Part shown: positions 46,524 to 56,334 of the stretch, piece by piece | Layout of the letters: each line of letters opens with the position of its first letter | Position numbering within the stretch: the first letter of the stretch is position 1 | DNA from: a virus | Length of the DNA stretch: 64,000 nucleotides | Virus record (IMG/VR): IMGVR_UViG_3300025030_000045 | Strand: one strand, 5' to 3' | Notes under the pieces: model-generated | What the model was told of the DNA's origin: nothing | Database searches by the model: none | The model's input: only the letters and a program-made list of their open reading frames with translations | Program-made: the position numbers and the translations under genes

Positions 46524-46870
46524 TGCTTCTTGTTGGAAGTCAATCTTTTATAATGACGAAGAGTCCTGGTATTTTCTCAGGACTCTTCGGTATCGTTTCT
46601 CAAAATAGAATAAGACTGCCTGCTATAAATGTTGTCTCACTCCCATATACGTCGCTGATGTCATCAAGCAATGGTACTGTCAGACTTCAACTCAATCTAC
46701 CGAGAGTAAGACGTCTTATGACCGCGTCTGGTGATTCAATATCAACACACGGTAGATTCCTTCAAATAAGAAGTCAAGATACTTGGAAGTCAACTATTCC
46801 ACGCATCTGGGATGGATCGCGATGGTCATCGGCCAAGGTTAAAATTTGGAATGGTTCTTCTTGGTCATAG
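46523..46870 (+). CDS. Hypothetical virion-associated protein
   Basis: TAATG coupling; repeated IWDGSRW/IWNGSSW. Confidence 0.55.
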   Translation: MLLVGSQSFIMTKSPGIFSGLFGIVSQNRIRLPAINVVSLPYTSLMSSSNGTVRLQLNLPRVRRLMTASGDSISTHGRFLQIRSQDTWKSTIPRIWDGSRWSSAKVKIWNGSSWS

Positions 46871-46876
46871 TAAACG

Positions 46877-46927
46877 TTTAGACAAATGGCATGAATACAC
46901 AAAAAGTATTCATGCCATTTGTCTAAA
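46877..46927. repeat. 22-bp perfect inverted repeat (hairpin/terminator)
   Basis: TTTAGACAAATGGCATGAATAC-7nt-GTATTCATGCCATTTGTCTAAA. Confidence 0.85.
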
Positions 46928-46937
46928 TATATTACAC

Positions 46938-46945
46938 TATAAATA
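46938..46945 (+). promoter_or_regulatory. T4-type late promoter TATAAATA
   Basis: Exact consensus. Confidence 0.8.
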
Positions 46946-46964
46946 ATTTTAAGGAGATATTCTT

Positions 46965-47084
46965 ATGAGTGGTGTTATAGTAATAGTCGGTGGCGGTATT
47001 GTTAACTTCCCACCCGAAACTGAAATTTTTGAATATGCCGAAGAACCGCCATGCGCCGCGCTATTCGAACATTCAGAGGAGTAA
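46965..47084 (+). CDS. 39-aa late peptide (not in ORF track)
   Basis: AAGGAG RBS right after late promoter; MSGVIVIVGGGIVNFPPETEIFEYAEEPPCAALFEHSEE. Confidence 0.55.
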   Translation: MSGVIVIVGGGIVNFPPETEIFEYAEEPPCAALFEHSEE

Positions 47085-47088
47085 CGAG

Positions 47089-47643
47089 ATGTCAATTTTT
47101 AAATTTAGACCGAAGGTTCCAACTACTGGGCAGGAACTTGTTCATAAAATTCGTTTAAAGCAAAGACTTACGAATGAAGAGCCGTGGATTCAAGTTGGTG
47201 AGGACATTTTATTGTCTTCACTGTTATATGATGACATTGAAGATAAGTATACAGTGAATGAACCGCTTGCTATCAATACAAAGTTCACGCGCATTACATT
47301 CTTATCAGAAGATGGGGTTGAAGGTCAACCCGTCGACCTACCACCGAAAGACAACAATGTTTCTTTTATCACGTTGTATGTTTTCACCGCGGATATTGGT
47401 CTTGGTGTTATGCCGAGAGTTGACTTTAATGTCTCTACATTGTTTCCGAACACCGCTTCCGCCGGTTCTAAACTGATCATCGATGCAAAAACCGTAAAGA
47501 CGGACGCTAACGGGTATGCATCTATTCAAATACCAGCCGACATCAATAGTGTTCGTATTACCGTTGGTAAAAGCATTAACATTCAAAAATTTGATACCAA
47601 CGGTAAAGGTGGTCAGATGGTGAACATTAAAGATCTGTTATAA
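47089..47643 (+). CDS. Hypothetical virion protein (Ig/beta-sandwich-like)
   Basis: GAGGAG RBS before ATG 47089; KTDANGYASIQIP. Confidence 0.6.
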   Translation: MSIFKFRPKVPTTGQELVHKIRLKQRLTNEEPWIQVGEDILLSSLLYDDIEDKYTVNEPLAINTKFTRITFLSEDGVEGQPVDLPPKDNNVSFITLYVFTADIGLGVMPRVDFNVSTLFPNTASAGSKLIIDAKTVKTDANGYASIQIPADINSVRITVGKSINIQKFDTNGKGGQMVNIKDLL

Positions 47644-48113
47644 TGGGTACTTATAAAATCCAGGATTTTAGAAAATATCTAAAAAATCCACAGAAGTACA
47701 AAACAAATAATGCTAATGCACCTCTTACACTACGCAGCGGTTGGGAGATTCAATTTGCCCAATGGCTTGATAGGAAAGAGGATGTTATAGCATGGAATTG
47801 TGAAGAGGTAATCATCCCTTATATCTATGACGTAGATGGAAAACAACATCGTTATTTCATGGATTTTTGGATGCGGGTTCGTGGGGTCGATGGTGTCTTA
47901 ACAGAATACTTGATCGAGATAAAACCGAATAAGGAAAAGTTTGAACCAAAGATGCCACAAAGAAAAACTGCAAGATATTATAAAGCAGTCGCGACATACA
48001 TCAAGAATCAAAACAAATGGGCAGCAACCGAAAAACTCTGCCAACAGGCAAGGGATCAGGGTAAAAGACTTTTCTTTGAAGTTATTACTGAAAAAGAATT
48101 TCCATTTATATGA
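47643..48113 (+). CDS. 4: Head completion nuclease gp4
   Basis: NPQKY, RSGWE, W..EE..IPY, HRYFMDF, IEIKP, NQNKWAA, VITEKE. Confidence 0.9.
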   Translation: MGTYKIQDFRKYLKNPQKYKTNNANAPLTLRSGWEIQFAQWLDRKEDVIAWNCEEVIIPYIYDVDGKQHRYFMDFWMRVRGVDGVLTEYLIEIKPNKEKFEPKMPQRKTARYYKAVATYIKNQNKWAATEKLCQQARDQGKRLFFEVITEKEFPFI

Positions 48114-48177
48114 TAGTGAATAAATATTAATAGAGCTATTAAATAAATGCATCTAAATATTAACAAAGAGGTTAATA

Positions 48178-48609
48178 ATGGCGCCCAAACTTGAATATAA
48201 GCACATGTACTACTTTCGCTATAATAATCCAGTGACGATCAAGACTATTCATATTTTTGACAAAGCACCCGTTATCATACCGCTTGATATTAAATCAAGA
48301 ACAATGCTGGCAATTAATATCCACTGGTTACACCCAGCAGTTCGTCAAGAATTCATTGACCTCATAATGGATTTATTTGATAGAAAATATATGACAAGCA
48401 AGGGATTAAAGTTTTCGGTTGCTCGTGTATTCTATATGCAAATCAAAAAGGTAAAACGATTACAGTGGGCAATGAAGGCTATCAGAAGATATAGGATTGA
48501 TCGCATTACAAATTTGACTGAAATTCCACAAGAGCAATGGGATGACATACTTCAGACTAAGAGATATCGTGCTCGTTTTGCAAGACGTTCTCGTGGATTC
48601 AAAATTTAA
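48178..48609 (+). CDS. 2: DNA end protector gp2-like
   Basis: YYFRY..P, FDKAP.IIP, LAINIHWLHP..R, IRRY; adjacent to gp4. Confidence 0.75.
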   Translation: MAPKLEYKHMYYFRYNNPVTIKTIHIFDKAPVIIPLDIKSRTMLAINIHWLHPAVRQEFIDLIMDLFDRKYMTSKGLKFSVARVFYMQIKKVKRLQWAMKAIRRYRIDRITNLTEIPQEQWDDILQTKRYRARFARRSRGFKI

Positions 48610-48629
48610 AGAAGATTGGATAAACACAT

Positions 48630-50192
48630 ATGTTTAGTTCTTTGATGGAAATTTTAAAACGACCTATCTATAGCGACAAAGAAGCAGCGATTGAGACAGG
48701 TGGGACGCCGTCTACAACATCTGATCGCGGTGATGTTGAACATGATCATATTTCCTATGATCCGTTTGGCAATTATAGTGCTTCTGGTATTCTCGGTGAA
48801 ACGGAACATAAGGTTAGTATGAGAAATCAACTAATCAGAAAGTGGCGCGGAATCTCCCAGTACCCAGAGGTCGACGAAGCTTTACAGGAGATATGCGGCG
48901 AGGCTATTGTTTATTCTGAATTAGAGAAAGTCATTGATCTTGATCTAAGTGATCTTGAGGTCGGTGACAAGATCAAAGATAAAATCATAGAATCATTTGA
49001 AAAAATTCTATATATGCTAGACTTCAATGTCAACGGCGAAGATCTATTCCGTCAGTGGTATGTTGATGGTTCTTTGAATTTTGAAGTTGTTTATGACAAT
49101 GCAAAAATTCAGGAAGGTATCAAAAAACTAATCCATCTTGCTCCGTTTAACCTCTTCAAATATAAAGACGCCACGACGGGTCAGATGAAATGGTTCATTG
49201 CCAAAAAACCAACTTATAATATTCGTGATGATTATAACAAATCAGAAAAAATCTTTTTAGATGAACAGATTGCCAGCATCAATAGTGGTGTTTATGGAGA
49301 GGATAAAAACATTCCTCTAAGTCACCTTAACAAAGCAGTTAAGTCAATCAATCAGCTTTATTTGATTGAGGATTCCATCGTCATCTTTAGGATCACAAGA
49401 TCACCAGAAAAACGAGTCTTCTACATTGATACCGGCAATCTTCCGAAAACAAAGGCGGAAGAATACATCAAAAATCTTATCGCCAAATATCGTCAGAAGA
49501 AAATCTATAACATTGAAACCGGCACGATTGAGAACAAACATAAATCAATGTCTATTCTTGAGGATTTCTGGCTTCCAAGAACTGCTTCGGGTAAAGGAAC
49601 ACAGATTGATACCCTCCAGGGCACAGGTGGGGGAATGCAAGATCTATCCGACATTGACTATTTTGTTGGTAAGGTGTATCGTGCTCTCAACGTCCCAAAG
49701 TCTCGTGTTAGCGGTGAAACAAAGGTTGTCATCGGCAACACTCTTGATATCGAAAGAGATGAATTAAAATTCTTCAAGTTCGTTCTTAAACTAAGACGGA
49801 AATTTAATAACCTATTCGTCGATCTCCTCAAGAAGGACCTTATCGCAAGAAAGGTTATGACATTTGAAGATTGGTCGTTGATTCAAGAAAAGATTAAATT
49901 TAACTATGCAAATAACAATGAATATGCAGAGATTAAAAGACTACAGATTCTTGAGATGAGGGTTGCAACTGCTGAACGTGTTATTGCATTAGAGGAAGCC
50001 GGTTATTACTCCAAGGAATATGTCAAGAGAAATATCCTTGCACAAACTGACGAGGAAATTAGGGATATCAAGAAACAGAGAAAGAAAGAAGAGAAAGAAG
50101 GAGGATCAGATAAGGGCGATAAAGAGGACGGCGATTACGGCGACGAAGGTGATGAGAAGAAACCAAAGAAAGCTTTAGTCAGTTTTGTCTAA
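48630..50192 (+). CDS. 20: Portal protein gp20
   Basis: PEVDEA..EI..EAI, FRQWYVDG, LIEDSIVIFRITRSPEKRVFYIDTGNLPK.KAE.Y, LEDFWLPR, RDELKF.KF. Confidence 0.97.
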   Translation: MFSSLMEILKRPIYSDKEAAIETGGTPSTTSDRGDVEHDHISYDPFGNYSASGILGETEHKVSMRNQLIRKWRGISQYPEVDEALQEICGEAIVYSELEKVIDLDLSDLEVGDKIKDKIIESFEKILYMLDFNVNGEDLFRQWYVDGSLNFEVVYDNAKIQEGIKKLIHLAPFNLFKYKDATTGQMKWFIAKKPTYNIRDDYNKSEKIFLDEQIASINSGVYGEDKNIPLSHLNKAVKSINQLYLIEDSIVIFRITRSPEKRVFYIDTGNLPKTKAEEYIKNLIAKYRQKKIYNIETGTIENKHKSMSILEDFWLPRTASGKGTQIDTLQGTGGGMQDLSDIDYFVGKVYRALNVPKSRVSGETKVVIGNTLDIERDELKFFKFVLKLRRKFNNLFVDLLKKDLIARKVMTFEDWSLIQEKIKFNYANNNEYAEIKRLQILEMRVATAERVIALEEAGYYSKEYVKRNILAQTDEEIRDIKKQRKKEEKEGGSDKGDKEDGDYGDEGDEKKPKKALVSFV

Positions 50193-50229
50193 TGAACTGA
50201 TAAATAAAATAAACATCGAAGGAGATTTA

Positions 50230-50448
50230 ATGATGGAAAATGAAAATGCTGAAGTACCAAATACAGATGACACCGGTGTTCCTGAAAAAGAAACTCTTGG
50301 AAAAGCAATTGTTGCTGCTGCTGATAAAGACTATGCAACATTCAAGGGTTCTATTGCGGATGTAATTCGTGATCGTGTGTCTGATGCAGTGAAAGATGCC
50401 GCCGATGAGATTCGTCAGAATCTCTTCAAAAAACCAGAGGAGGAGTAA
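50230..50448 (+). CDS. Prohead core protein (gp67-like)
   Basis: Small acidic helical ORF between gp20 and gp21; AGGAG RBS; GATAAATA upstream. Confidence 0.6.
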   Translation: MMENENAEVPNTDDTGVPEKETLGKAIVAAADKDYATFKGSIADVIRDRVSDAVKDAADEIRQNLFKKPEEE

Positions 50449-50451
50449 ATC

Positions 50452-51138
50452 ATGACCAAGGTCGAGCTTCTTAAAGAATGCGTTGACTTTCAATCAGTAG
50501 AGAATCTGATTGAGGGTGGAGAAGCTCTCGAGGAAGGAAAGGTTACACCAAAGAAATACTACATCCAAGGTCCTTATGTAGAAGCGGATGTAAAAAATGG
50601 GAACGGTAGAACGTATCCCTTGAAAGTTCTTGAGAGCCAAGTACAATCTTATGTAAATTCAAGAGTGGCCCAAAATCGGGCAATGGGTGAATTAGGTCAT
50701 CCATCTACAACTGACATCAATCTCGATCGCGTATCTCACCTCATTAAAGAAATGCGAATGGACAAAAATATTGGGTTCGGTAAATCCGTACTGATGAATA
50801 CTCCGATGGGAATGATCGCAAAAAGTCTGATTGATGAAGGTGTTAAATTAGGAGTATCTTCACGCGGTGTTGGTACAATGAAGAACAATGTTGTTCAAGG
50901 TGACTATCGCTTAATCACCGTTGACATCGTTGCTGATCCTTCAGCTCCTTCTGCATTCGTTGAAGGTATTCTCGAGTCTCACCAAGGGAAAGAGTGGGTT
51001 CTTGAAAACGGAATTCTTGTTGAGAGAGAAATCGAACAACTTGAAAACAATCTAAACCAATATGCAAGAGAAGACATCAGAACGGCTACTGTTAAGGTTT
51101 TCCGTGATCTTCTTACCATGATTGGCACAAAACATTAA
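50452..51138 (+). CDS. 21: Prohead protease gp21
   Basis: NGNGRTYP, AMGELGHP, RVSHLI, TPMG, LGVSSRGVG, DIVADPSAPSAFV. Confidence 0.96.
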   Translation: MTKVELLKECVDFQSVENLIEGGEALEEGKVTPKKYYIQGPYVEADVKNGNGRTYPLKVLESQVQSYVNSRVAQNRAMGELGHPSTTDINLDRVSHLIKEMRMDKNIGFGKSVLMNTPMGMIAKSLIDEGVKLGVSSRGVGTMKNNVVQGDYRLITVDIVADPSAPSAFVEGILESHQGKEWVLENGILVEREIEQLENNLNQYAREDIRTATVKVFRDLLTMIGTKH

Positions 51139-51223
51139 AAAATAAGAGTTCTAGATAAATATAATTTTAAAGATGTTTGTTATAGAACTCTTAAATCACA
51201 CACAGGAAAAAGGAGAGCACACA

Positions 51224-51895
51224 ATGCTTGAAAAATTATTCGAGAAAATTTCTGCTGAACTATTGACCGATGATGTCAAACTCGAACTCTCCACGATTTT
51301 TGAAAGTGCAATTAATTCTGCCATTGCCGATAAAGAGCAAAAGCTCGAAGAAGCAAACAAAACAGAGATTGCGGAATTCAAAGCCGAACTCGTGGAAAAA
51401 GTTGATGAGTATCTGACCTATTTTGTCGATGAGTACATGAAAGAAAACAAAGTCGGTATTGCTGAGTCTGTTAAGGTTGAAACTGCTGAGCGCGTTCTTG
51501 GTATTTTCAGTGGCGTAGTCAATGACTTCCACGTTAGCCTTGATGAGAAGGTTGTCGAGGAATCTTCAAAAATTGGTTCGCTTGAAACTACACTCAACAC
51601 TCGTACAGAAGAACTCAGTGAATCTCGTAAAGAAGTTCTGCGTCTCAAATCAGAACGCCTCATTGACGAGAAACTTGCTGGTATTGAAACAGACATGGGT
51701 AAAGAGAAATTCAAGGCACTTGCTGGTACCGTGAAACTTGAAGAAGGCAAAGAAGTTGAATTTGCCGAGAAGTTGAACATTCTTCTTGCCAACGCCATCG
51801 TCACTGTTCCTGCTGTTAAGATCGAAGAGTCAAATGAGGAAGTTCCAGAAACAATCATCCCAGACAGAATGAAGAGTTATATCGACAAACTCTAA
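51224..51895 (+). CDS. 22: Prohead scaffold gp22
   Basis: IFESAI, LVEKVDEYLTYFVDEYMKEN; AGGAG RBS before ATG 51224. Confidence 0.88.
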   Translation: MLEKLFEKISAELLTDDVKLELSTIFESAINSAIADKEQKLEEANKTEIAEFKAELVEKVDEYLTYFVDEYMKENKVGIAESVKVETAERVLGIFSGVVNDFHVSLDEKVVEESSKIGSLETTLNTRTEELSESRKEVLRLKSERLIDEKLAGIETDMGKEKFKALAGTVKLEEGKEVEFAEKLNILLANAIVTVPAVKIEESNEEVPETIIPDRMKSYIDKL

Positions 51896-51920
51896 AATCT
51901 GAAACATTTACACCAGGTTT

Positions 51921-51928
51921 TATAAATA
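51921..51928 (+). promoter_or_regulatory. T4-type late promoter TATAAATA
   Basis: Exact consensus upstream of gp23. Confidence 0.85.
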
Positions 51929-51980
51929 TTTTTAAGAACAACACAAAAACAACATTTCAGTTTAAAGGAGAAACACTGAT

Positions 51981-53447
51981 ATGAATCCACTATTAGAAAA
52001 ATGGGATGGTCTTCTGAAAGCCGAAGGCAAAAAGGCTCCTATTGTTAAAGATATGGAAGCAATGGCCCAAATTCTTGAGAACCAGGAAGGTTACATTACC
52101 GAGACATCTGGTAACGTCGCTGGTGATATGGCACCTTTCTACCCTGTTCTCGTTCCTGCCGTACGTCGTATTTTCCCTCAGCTTCTTGCTAACGAAATCG
52201 TTGGCGTTCAGCCGATGAGTGGTCCTACCGGTTACGCATACGCAATTCGTTATCTTTATGGTTCGGGTGCAAGCGTTACTGGTGCTGATCTTCTTCGCGG
52301 CGACAGTGCAAACGCTCTCGGCTTCAAATCGATGGCGGTTGTTGTTGTGCCGGGTGTTAACGGTACTCCTGGTACCTCTGCTGATAACTTTGGACCGATC
52401 GTTGCTGGTACCCCAGTAGCAATTACCAAATGGGACGGCGTCGATTCGTTTGATGCTTATGCAGGTACTGCTGTTTATGGCGAAAAGGGCAAGTTCCTTT
52501 ACAATCTCAACGGTGCTGCTGCTCTTGCCGTTGGTGATGAAGTCACGATCGGTGGCAAGTCGTACAAAGTTGCTTATACAATCGGTAACGAAGCTGGATT
52601 CAACGTCATCTTCGAGAACTATTCCGGTTCTGTAACAACTGCTGCTGGTGAAGTTCTTGGTTCTGATGGTACTACAAACGAAATGAAGAGCATGAAAATG
52701 CATCTCGAGCGTGTAAGTACCGAAGCTAAGACACGTAAACTAAAAGCCGAGTACACCATGGAACTCGCACAAGACCTTAAGAACGTCCACGGTCTTGATG
52801 CTGAAGGTGAACTCATCAACATCCTTGAGTATGAAATCACTGCTGAAATTGACCGTGAACTCGTTTCCCGTATCAACAACGTAGCAACAAGTGGTCTTGC
52901 TCCTTGGGTTTATGCAATGTCTGCATCTACAATTACCTCGGGTACCAACATTTCCGACGGTCGTTGGGAGCAGGAGAAATTCCGTACCCTGTACACCCGC
53001 ATTGTTAAAGAAGCCAACAACGTCGCTCTTACGACTCGTCGTGGTGCTGCTAACTTCATCGTTGCATCCACCAACGTTGTTACCGCTCTTGAAATGCTTC
53101 CTTCCTTCATGTACTCCGCTGTTCCTGGTACCATTCAGGCAGGCGCAGGTATCGTGAAAGTTGGTACCCTCGATGGCCGTTTCACTGTCTACTGCGACAC
53201 CTTCGCAATGTTTGACTACGTCACCGTCGGTTACAAAGGTGGTTCATCGTTCGATACCGGTATCATCTACTGCCCGTACATTCCGTTGATGATCCAGAAG
53301 GTCGTTGATCCTAACACCTTCCAGCCGAAAGTTGGTTTCATGCAACGTTCCGCTATCGTCGAGAATCTCTACGGTGCAAAGAATTATTACAGAACTTTCC
53401 TTGTCGACTTCACCGGATCAACTCTTGCTGGTAAGTCATTGTTCTAA
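51981..53447 (+). CDS. 23: Major capsid protein gp23
   Basis: LLEKW, ILENQ, GVQPMSGPTG, AKTRKLKAEYTMELAQDLK.VHGLDAE.EL, TRRG, GYKG, YCPYIPL, DPNTFQP. Confidence 0.98.
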   Translation: MNPLLEKWDGLLKAEGKKAPIVKDMEAMAQILENQEGYITETSGNVAGDMAPFYPVLVPAVRRIFPQLLANEIVGVQPMSGPTGYAYAIRYLYGSGASVTGADLLRGDSANALGFKSMAVVVVPGVNGTPGTSADNFGPIVAGTPVAITKWDGVDSFDAYAGTAVYGEKGKFLYNLNGAAALAVGDEVTIGGKSYKVAYTIGNEAGFNVIFENYSGSVTTAAGEVLGSDGTTNEMKSMKMHLERVSTEAKTRKLKAEYTMELAQDLKNVHGLDAEGELINILEYEITAEIDRELVSRINNVATSGLAPWVYAMSASTITSGTNISDGRWEQEKFRTLYTRIVKEANNVALTTRRGAANFIVASTNVVTALEMLPSFMYSAVPGTIQAGAGIVKVGTLDGRFTVYCDTFAMFDYVTVGYKGGSSFDTGIIYCPYIPLMIQKVVDPNTFQPKVGFMQRSAIVENLYGAKNYYRTFLVDFTGSTLAGKSLF

Positions 53448-53471
53448 TCGGTAGATAATAGTTGCATATAC

Positions 53472-53503
53472 AAAAGGGTTGTGATATAATTCACAACCCT
53501 TTT
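53472..53503 (+). terminator. Intrinsic terminator after gp23
   Basis: AAAAGGGTTGTGA / TCACAACCCTTTT followed by a T-rich tail. Confidence 0.85.
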
Positions 53504-53539
53504 ATTTTATTCATTTTCTTTGAAAATTTATTGGGTGCA

Positions 53540-53547
53540 TATAAATA
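53540..53547 (+). promoter_or_regulatory. T4-type late promoter TATAAATA
   Basis: Exact consensus upstream of endonuclease gene. Confidence 0.7.
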
Positions 53548-53574
53548 AATTTAAAAAGATTGGGATTATTTAGA

Positions 53575-55125
53575 ATGGGTATAGAACTGATTTCCTTTAT
53601 TAGGGAAAATATAAGAAAAGAGGGTGGAAGATTTAACATACACGTTGTTAGAAATACACCCGATTGGTTTAAGAAAAGAGGGGCGACTGATAAACTAAAT
53701 GACATTATGGAATCAACAACATTTCTCGACGATGACGCGAAATTTCCAGAAAGAATTCATTGTATATTAAATGGCATAACATCAAAACCAATATGTGTTA
53801 ATCCCAAATGTAATAATTATGTAAATTATCATCAGGGGGAATATCATAACTATTGTTCTAATAAATGTCATTTATCATCAGACGAAAAGAAGGAAAAAAC
53901 TAAACAAACGGTAATCGAAAAATACGGTGTAACTAATGTAAGTAAATCTCTTGATGTAAGAAAAAAATTATCTGAAGCAAACCAAAGAAATAAAAATAAA
54001 ACATCAAAGAAATCTATCGAAACTTCTTATTATAAATGGAAAGACCATGCAGAAGAAAGATATAATGAATTAGCCATTGAACCTGTTTTTAACGGACCAA
54101 TGAAAAGAGAAGATCGAATTTTTAGATGTCTTGTTTGTAATAACGAATTTAAACAAGATGCCTTTATGCTCAGTAATGGCCTCGGAAAACATGGTCTACG
54201 CTGTCCGCACTGTCATCCAAAACGAGAATCGAAAATAGAATTAAAAATCTGCAATTGGTTGGATGAAATTGGGATAAAGTTTTTAAGAAATGACAGAAAA
54301 ACTTTTGGGTTCGAAGTTGACATATTAATTCCTGATAAGAAATTGTGTATTGAGTTAGACGGTGTACTTTGGCATTCGTTCGGACATAGTAAATATCATT
54401 ATATCAACAATGCCGATAGAGAAGATAATAATGTTCATTTAAGGAAAAAAATTGTGGCGGAGAACGCTGGATATTCTCTGCTACGATTCACTGACATTGA
54501 GATACAAAATCAGAAGAAGTTTGAAATTATCAAATCTATCATTCTCGTCAAGTTATGTATGGCCGAGAAGATTTATGCAAGATGTTGTTCCACCAGGGAA
54601 ATTGATTCGGTAGAGTTAAGTCAATTTCTTGAAGAAAATCATCTGATTGGTAAATTGAATTCTTCGAAGAAATTTGGTCTTTTCTTTAATGATATATTAG
54701 TTCAGGTCATCGGATTTGGAAAACCCAGATTTGCTAAAGATCATGATTGGGAACTATATCGTCTTTGTACTGCAAAGAATACATTGGTTGTTGGAGGATT
54801 TTCAAAGCTTCTTAAATATGCAACCAATAATGGGGTTCGAGGAAAAATAAACAGCTTCGTGGATCGGAGATTTTCGGAGGGTTGTGGATATGAAAGTGTT
54901 GGGTTTGAAAGAATTCGTTCTACCCCGCCTAATTATTTTTATTGGCACCAGAAAGACGGTTCTGTTGTAAAGAGATACGAAGCACAGAAACATAAGCTCC
55001 AAAAATTATTAGGAAACGAATTTGACCCTAATAAAACAGAAACTGATAATATGTATGATGTTGGTTTTAGAAAATTTTATGATTGCGGGAATTGGGTTTA
55101 CTCTTTAGAACTCAATTGGGATTAA
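53575..55125 (+). mobile_element. Homing endonuclease-like gene (zinc ribbons, Vsr-like nuclease, C-terminal GNAT/Mom-like domain)
   Basis: YCSNKC, EKYGVTN, CPHC, SKIE, EVDILIP..IELDGVLWH; WELYRLC..GGFSKLL..SFVDRRFSEG..Y...GF. Confidence 0.7.
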
Positions 55126-55128
55126 ATC

Positions 55129-55162
55129 AAAGGCCTACCGATTCATTTCGGTGGGCCTTTTT
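55129..55162 (+). terminator. Intrinsic terminator
   Basis: AAAGGCCTACCGA / TCGGTGGGCCTTT (one G-U pair) with U-tract. Confidence 0.8.
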
Positions 55163-55200
55163 CTTTCTCTAAAAAATAATCATCTATATGAAAAAAGTTA

Positions 55201-55229
55201 TTGACAACGATTTCTTTATTTGTTATTGT
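55201..55229 (+). promoter_or_regulatory. sigma70-like early promoter
   Basis: TTGACA-17bp-TATTGT with TG extension. Confidence 0.6.
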
Positions 55230-55252
55230 TTACTCAACGAATGGAGGTAAAC

Positions 55253-55627
55253 ATGAAAATCACTTTGAAATTTGCTTGCGGTTGTACTGAATTTGTGGAA
55301 TCGCATATCGGTTCTGGTGAATTAGAAGTCAAACATATATGTGCAACCTGCGCTCTTCGTAACATGGAAAGAGAAATTCTTGCCAAAAGAATTTCTGCCT
55401 TTCTTGAAAAATATGGGAAGAGAGATCGTAGCGCCCCCGAATTTTGGAATTCTCCCGATGGTGCTGAAATGGAAATGGCAGCAGGCATTCTTGCCCGCGC
55501 TAAAAATCCTTCACGAGTTCCTTGGTCTGATTGGGGTTCTGGCGGATATGGACCTTATACTTCAGTTGAAGGAAGAACCGAACACGCGGAACTGCTTCGT
55601 TTGATAAAAGAAGTTATCTCTAAATAA
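55253..55627 (+). CDS. Hypothetical protein (Cys pairs)
   Basis: GGAGG RBS before ATG 55253. Confidence 0.65.
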   Translation: MKITLKFACGCTEFVESHIGSGELEVKHICATCALRNMEREILAKRISAFLEKYGKRDRSAPEFWNSPDGAEMEMAAGILARAKNPSRVPWSDWGSGGYGPYTSVEGRTEHAELLRLIKEVISK

Positions 55628-55629
55628 GG

Positions 55630-55878
55630 ATGCTGATCATGGAAGCAACAAAGGCACAACTCGAAAGACTCAATAGAGATCTTAAGGTTATGGCAAAAGG
55701 AGAAGAGATTGCCGTTGAAGAGATCGGCGGCACGTTCTATGCCTTCGGTTCTGAACTCGCGACACTTCGTATCTTTGCAAAATATAACAGCGGCGGTTGT
55801 GTTTACAATGATCGTATCCGGTGTGGATATAGCGAAAACCTCAAAAAATTCTTCGTCTCAATCGAGCCGGCATTCTAA
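55630..55878 (+). CDS. Hypothetical protein
   Basis: AAGGA RBS. Confidence 0.65.
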   Translation: MLIMEATKAQLERLNRDLKVMAKGEEIAVEEIGGTFYAFGSELATLRIFAKYNSGGCVYNDRIRCGYSENLKKFFVSIEPAF

Positions 55879-55890
55879 GGAGAAATCATC

Positions 55891-56157
55891 ATGGCTGACA
55901 CGACAAATGACAAACTCGACGGTGCTATGCGCAATTTAGAACGTGAATTGATTGAACAAGGTATTCCTGTTAATGTTGCCCTTAAATTCCAGGAATCGTG
56001 TCGGCGGATGCAAGAGGCCGTGGCTGCTGCACAAGCAGAGGCTGATTTGTTAATAAAGAATTTGGTGCAAGATGGGATGCCAAGAACAGAAGGCAATAAC
56101 CTTCGGGGATATGCAAATCACGCCATAAAGAACTATTATCTTGACGGGCTTGGTTGA
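55891..56157 (+). CDS. Hypothetical protein
   Basis: AAGGAG RBS. Confidence 0.65.
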   Translation: MADTTNDKLDGAMRNLERELIEQGIPVNVALKFQESCRRMQEAVAAAQAEADLLIKNLVQDGMPRTEGNNLRGYANHAIKNYYLDGLG

Positions 56158-56200
56158 TTGATGATTCCACTAGACAAGCTAGAATGATCTAGAAAGACCG

Positions 56201-56235
56201 ACGGCCCAATTGGACATACAATCCAATTGGGCCGT
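56201..56235. terminator. Hairpin between convergent transcription units
   Basis: ACGGCCCAATTGGA-7nt-TCCAATTGGGCCGT. Confidence 0.75.
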
Positions 56236-56268
56236 TTAGCGTCATGTTTAAAGGAAAGAATTTTTCTA

Positions 56269-56297
56269 TTGACATAATGACGAATTGCTGTTATAAT
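56269..56297 (+). promoter_or_regulatory. Consensus sigma70 promoter pointing antisense into the baseplate operon
   Basis: TTGACA-17bp-TATAAT with TG extension; no sizeable + strand gene downstream. Confidence 0.7.
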
Positions 56298-56334
56298 AGA
56301 ACCATGTTCGCCGCGAGAAAACAATATAGAGGGT

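Noticed and set aside
46990-47088. N-terminal extension of ORF 46990-47643
   Set aside because: A better RBS and ATG at 47089, and a separate 39-aa ORF in another frame occupies this stretch
47643-48113. TnsA-like transposase subunit
   Set aside because: Motifs and position next to gp2 identify it as T4 gp4; no other Tn7 genes or ends are present
51993-52703. 236-aa minus-strand ORF and similar antisense ORFs (e.g. 35659-36210, 43853-44371, 3813-4262)
   Set aside because: Shadow frames of strongly codon-biased genes, with no RBS or motifs
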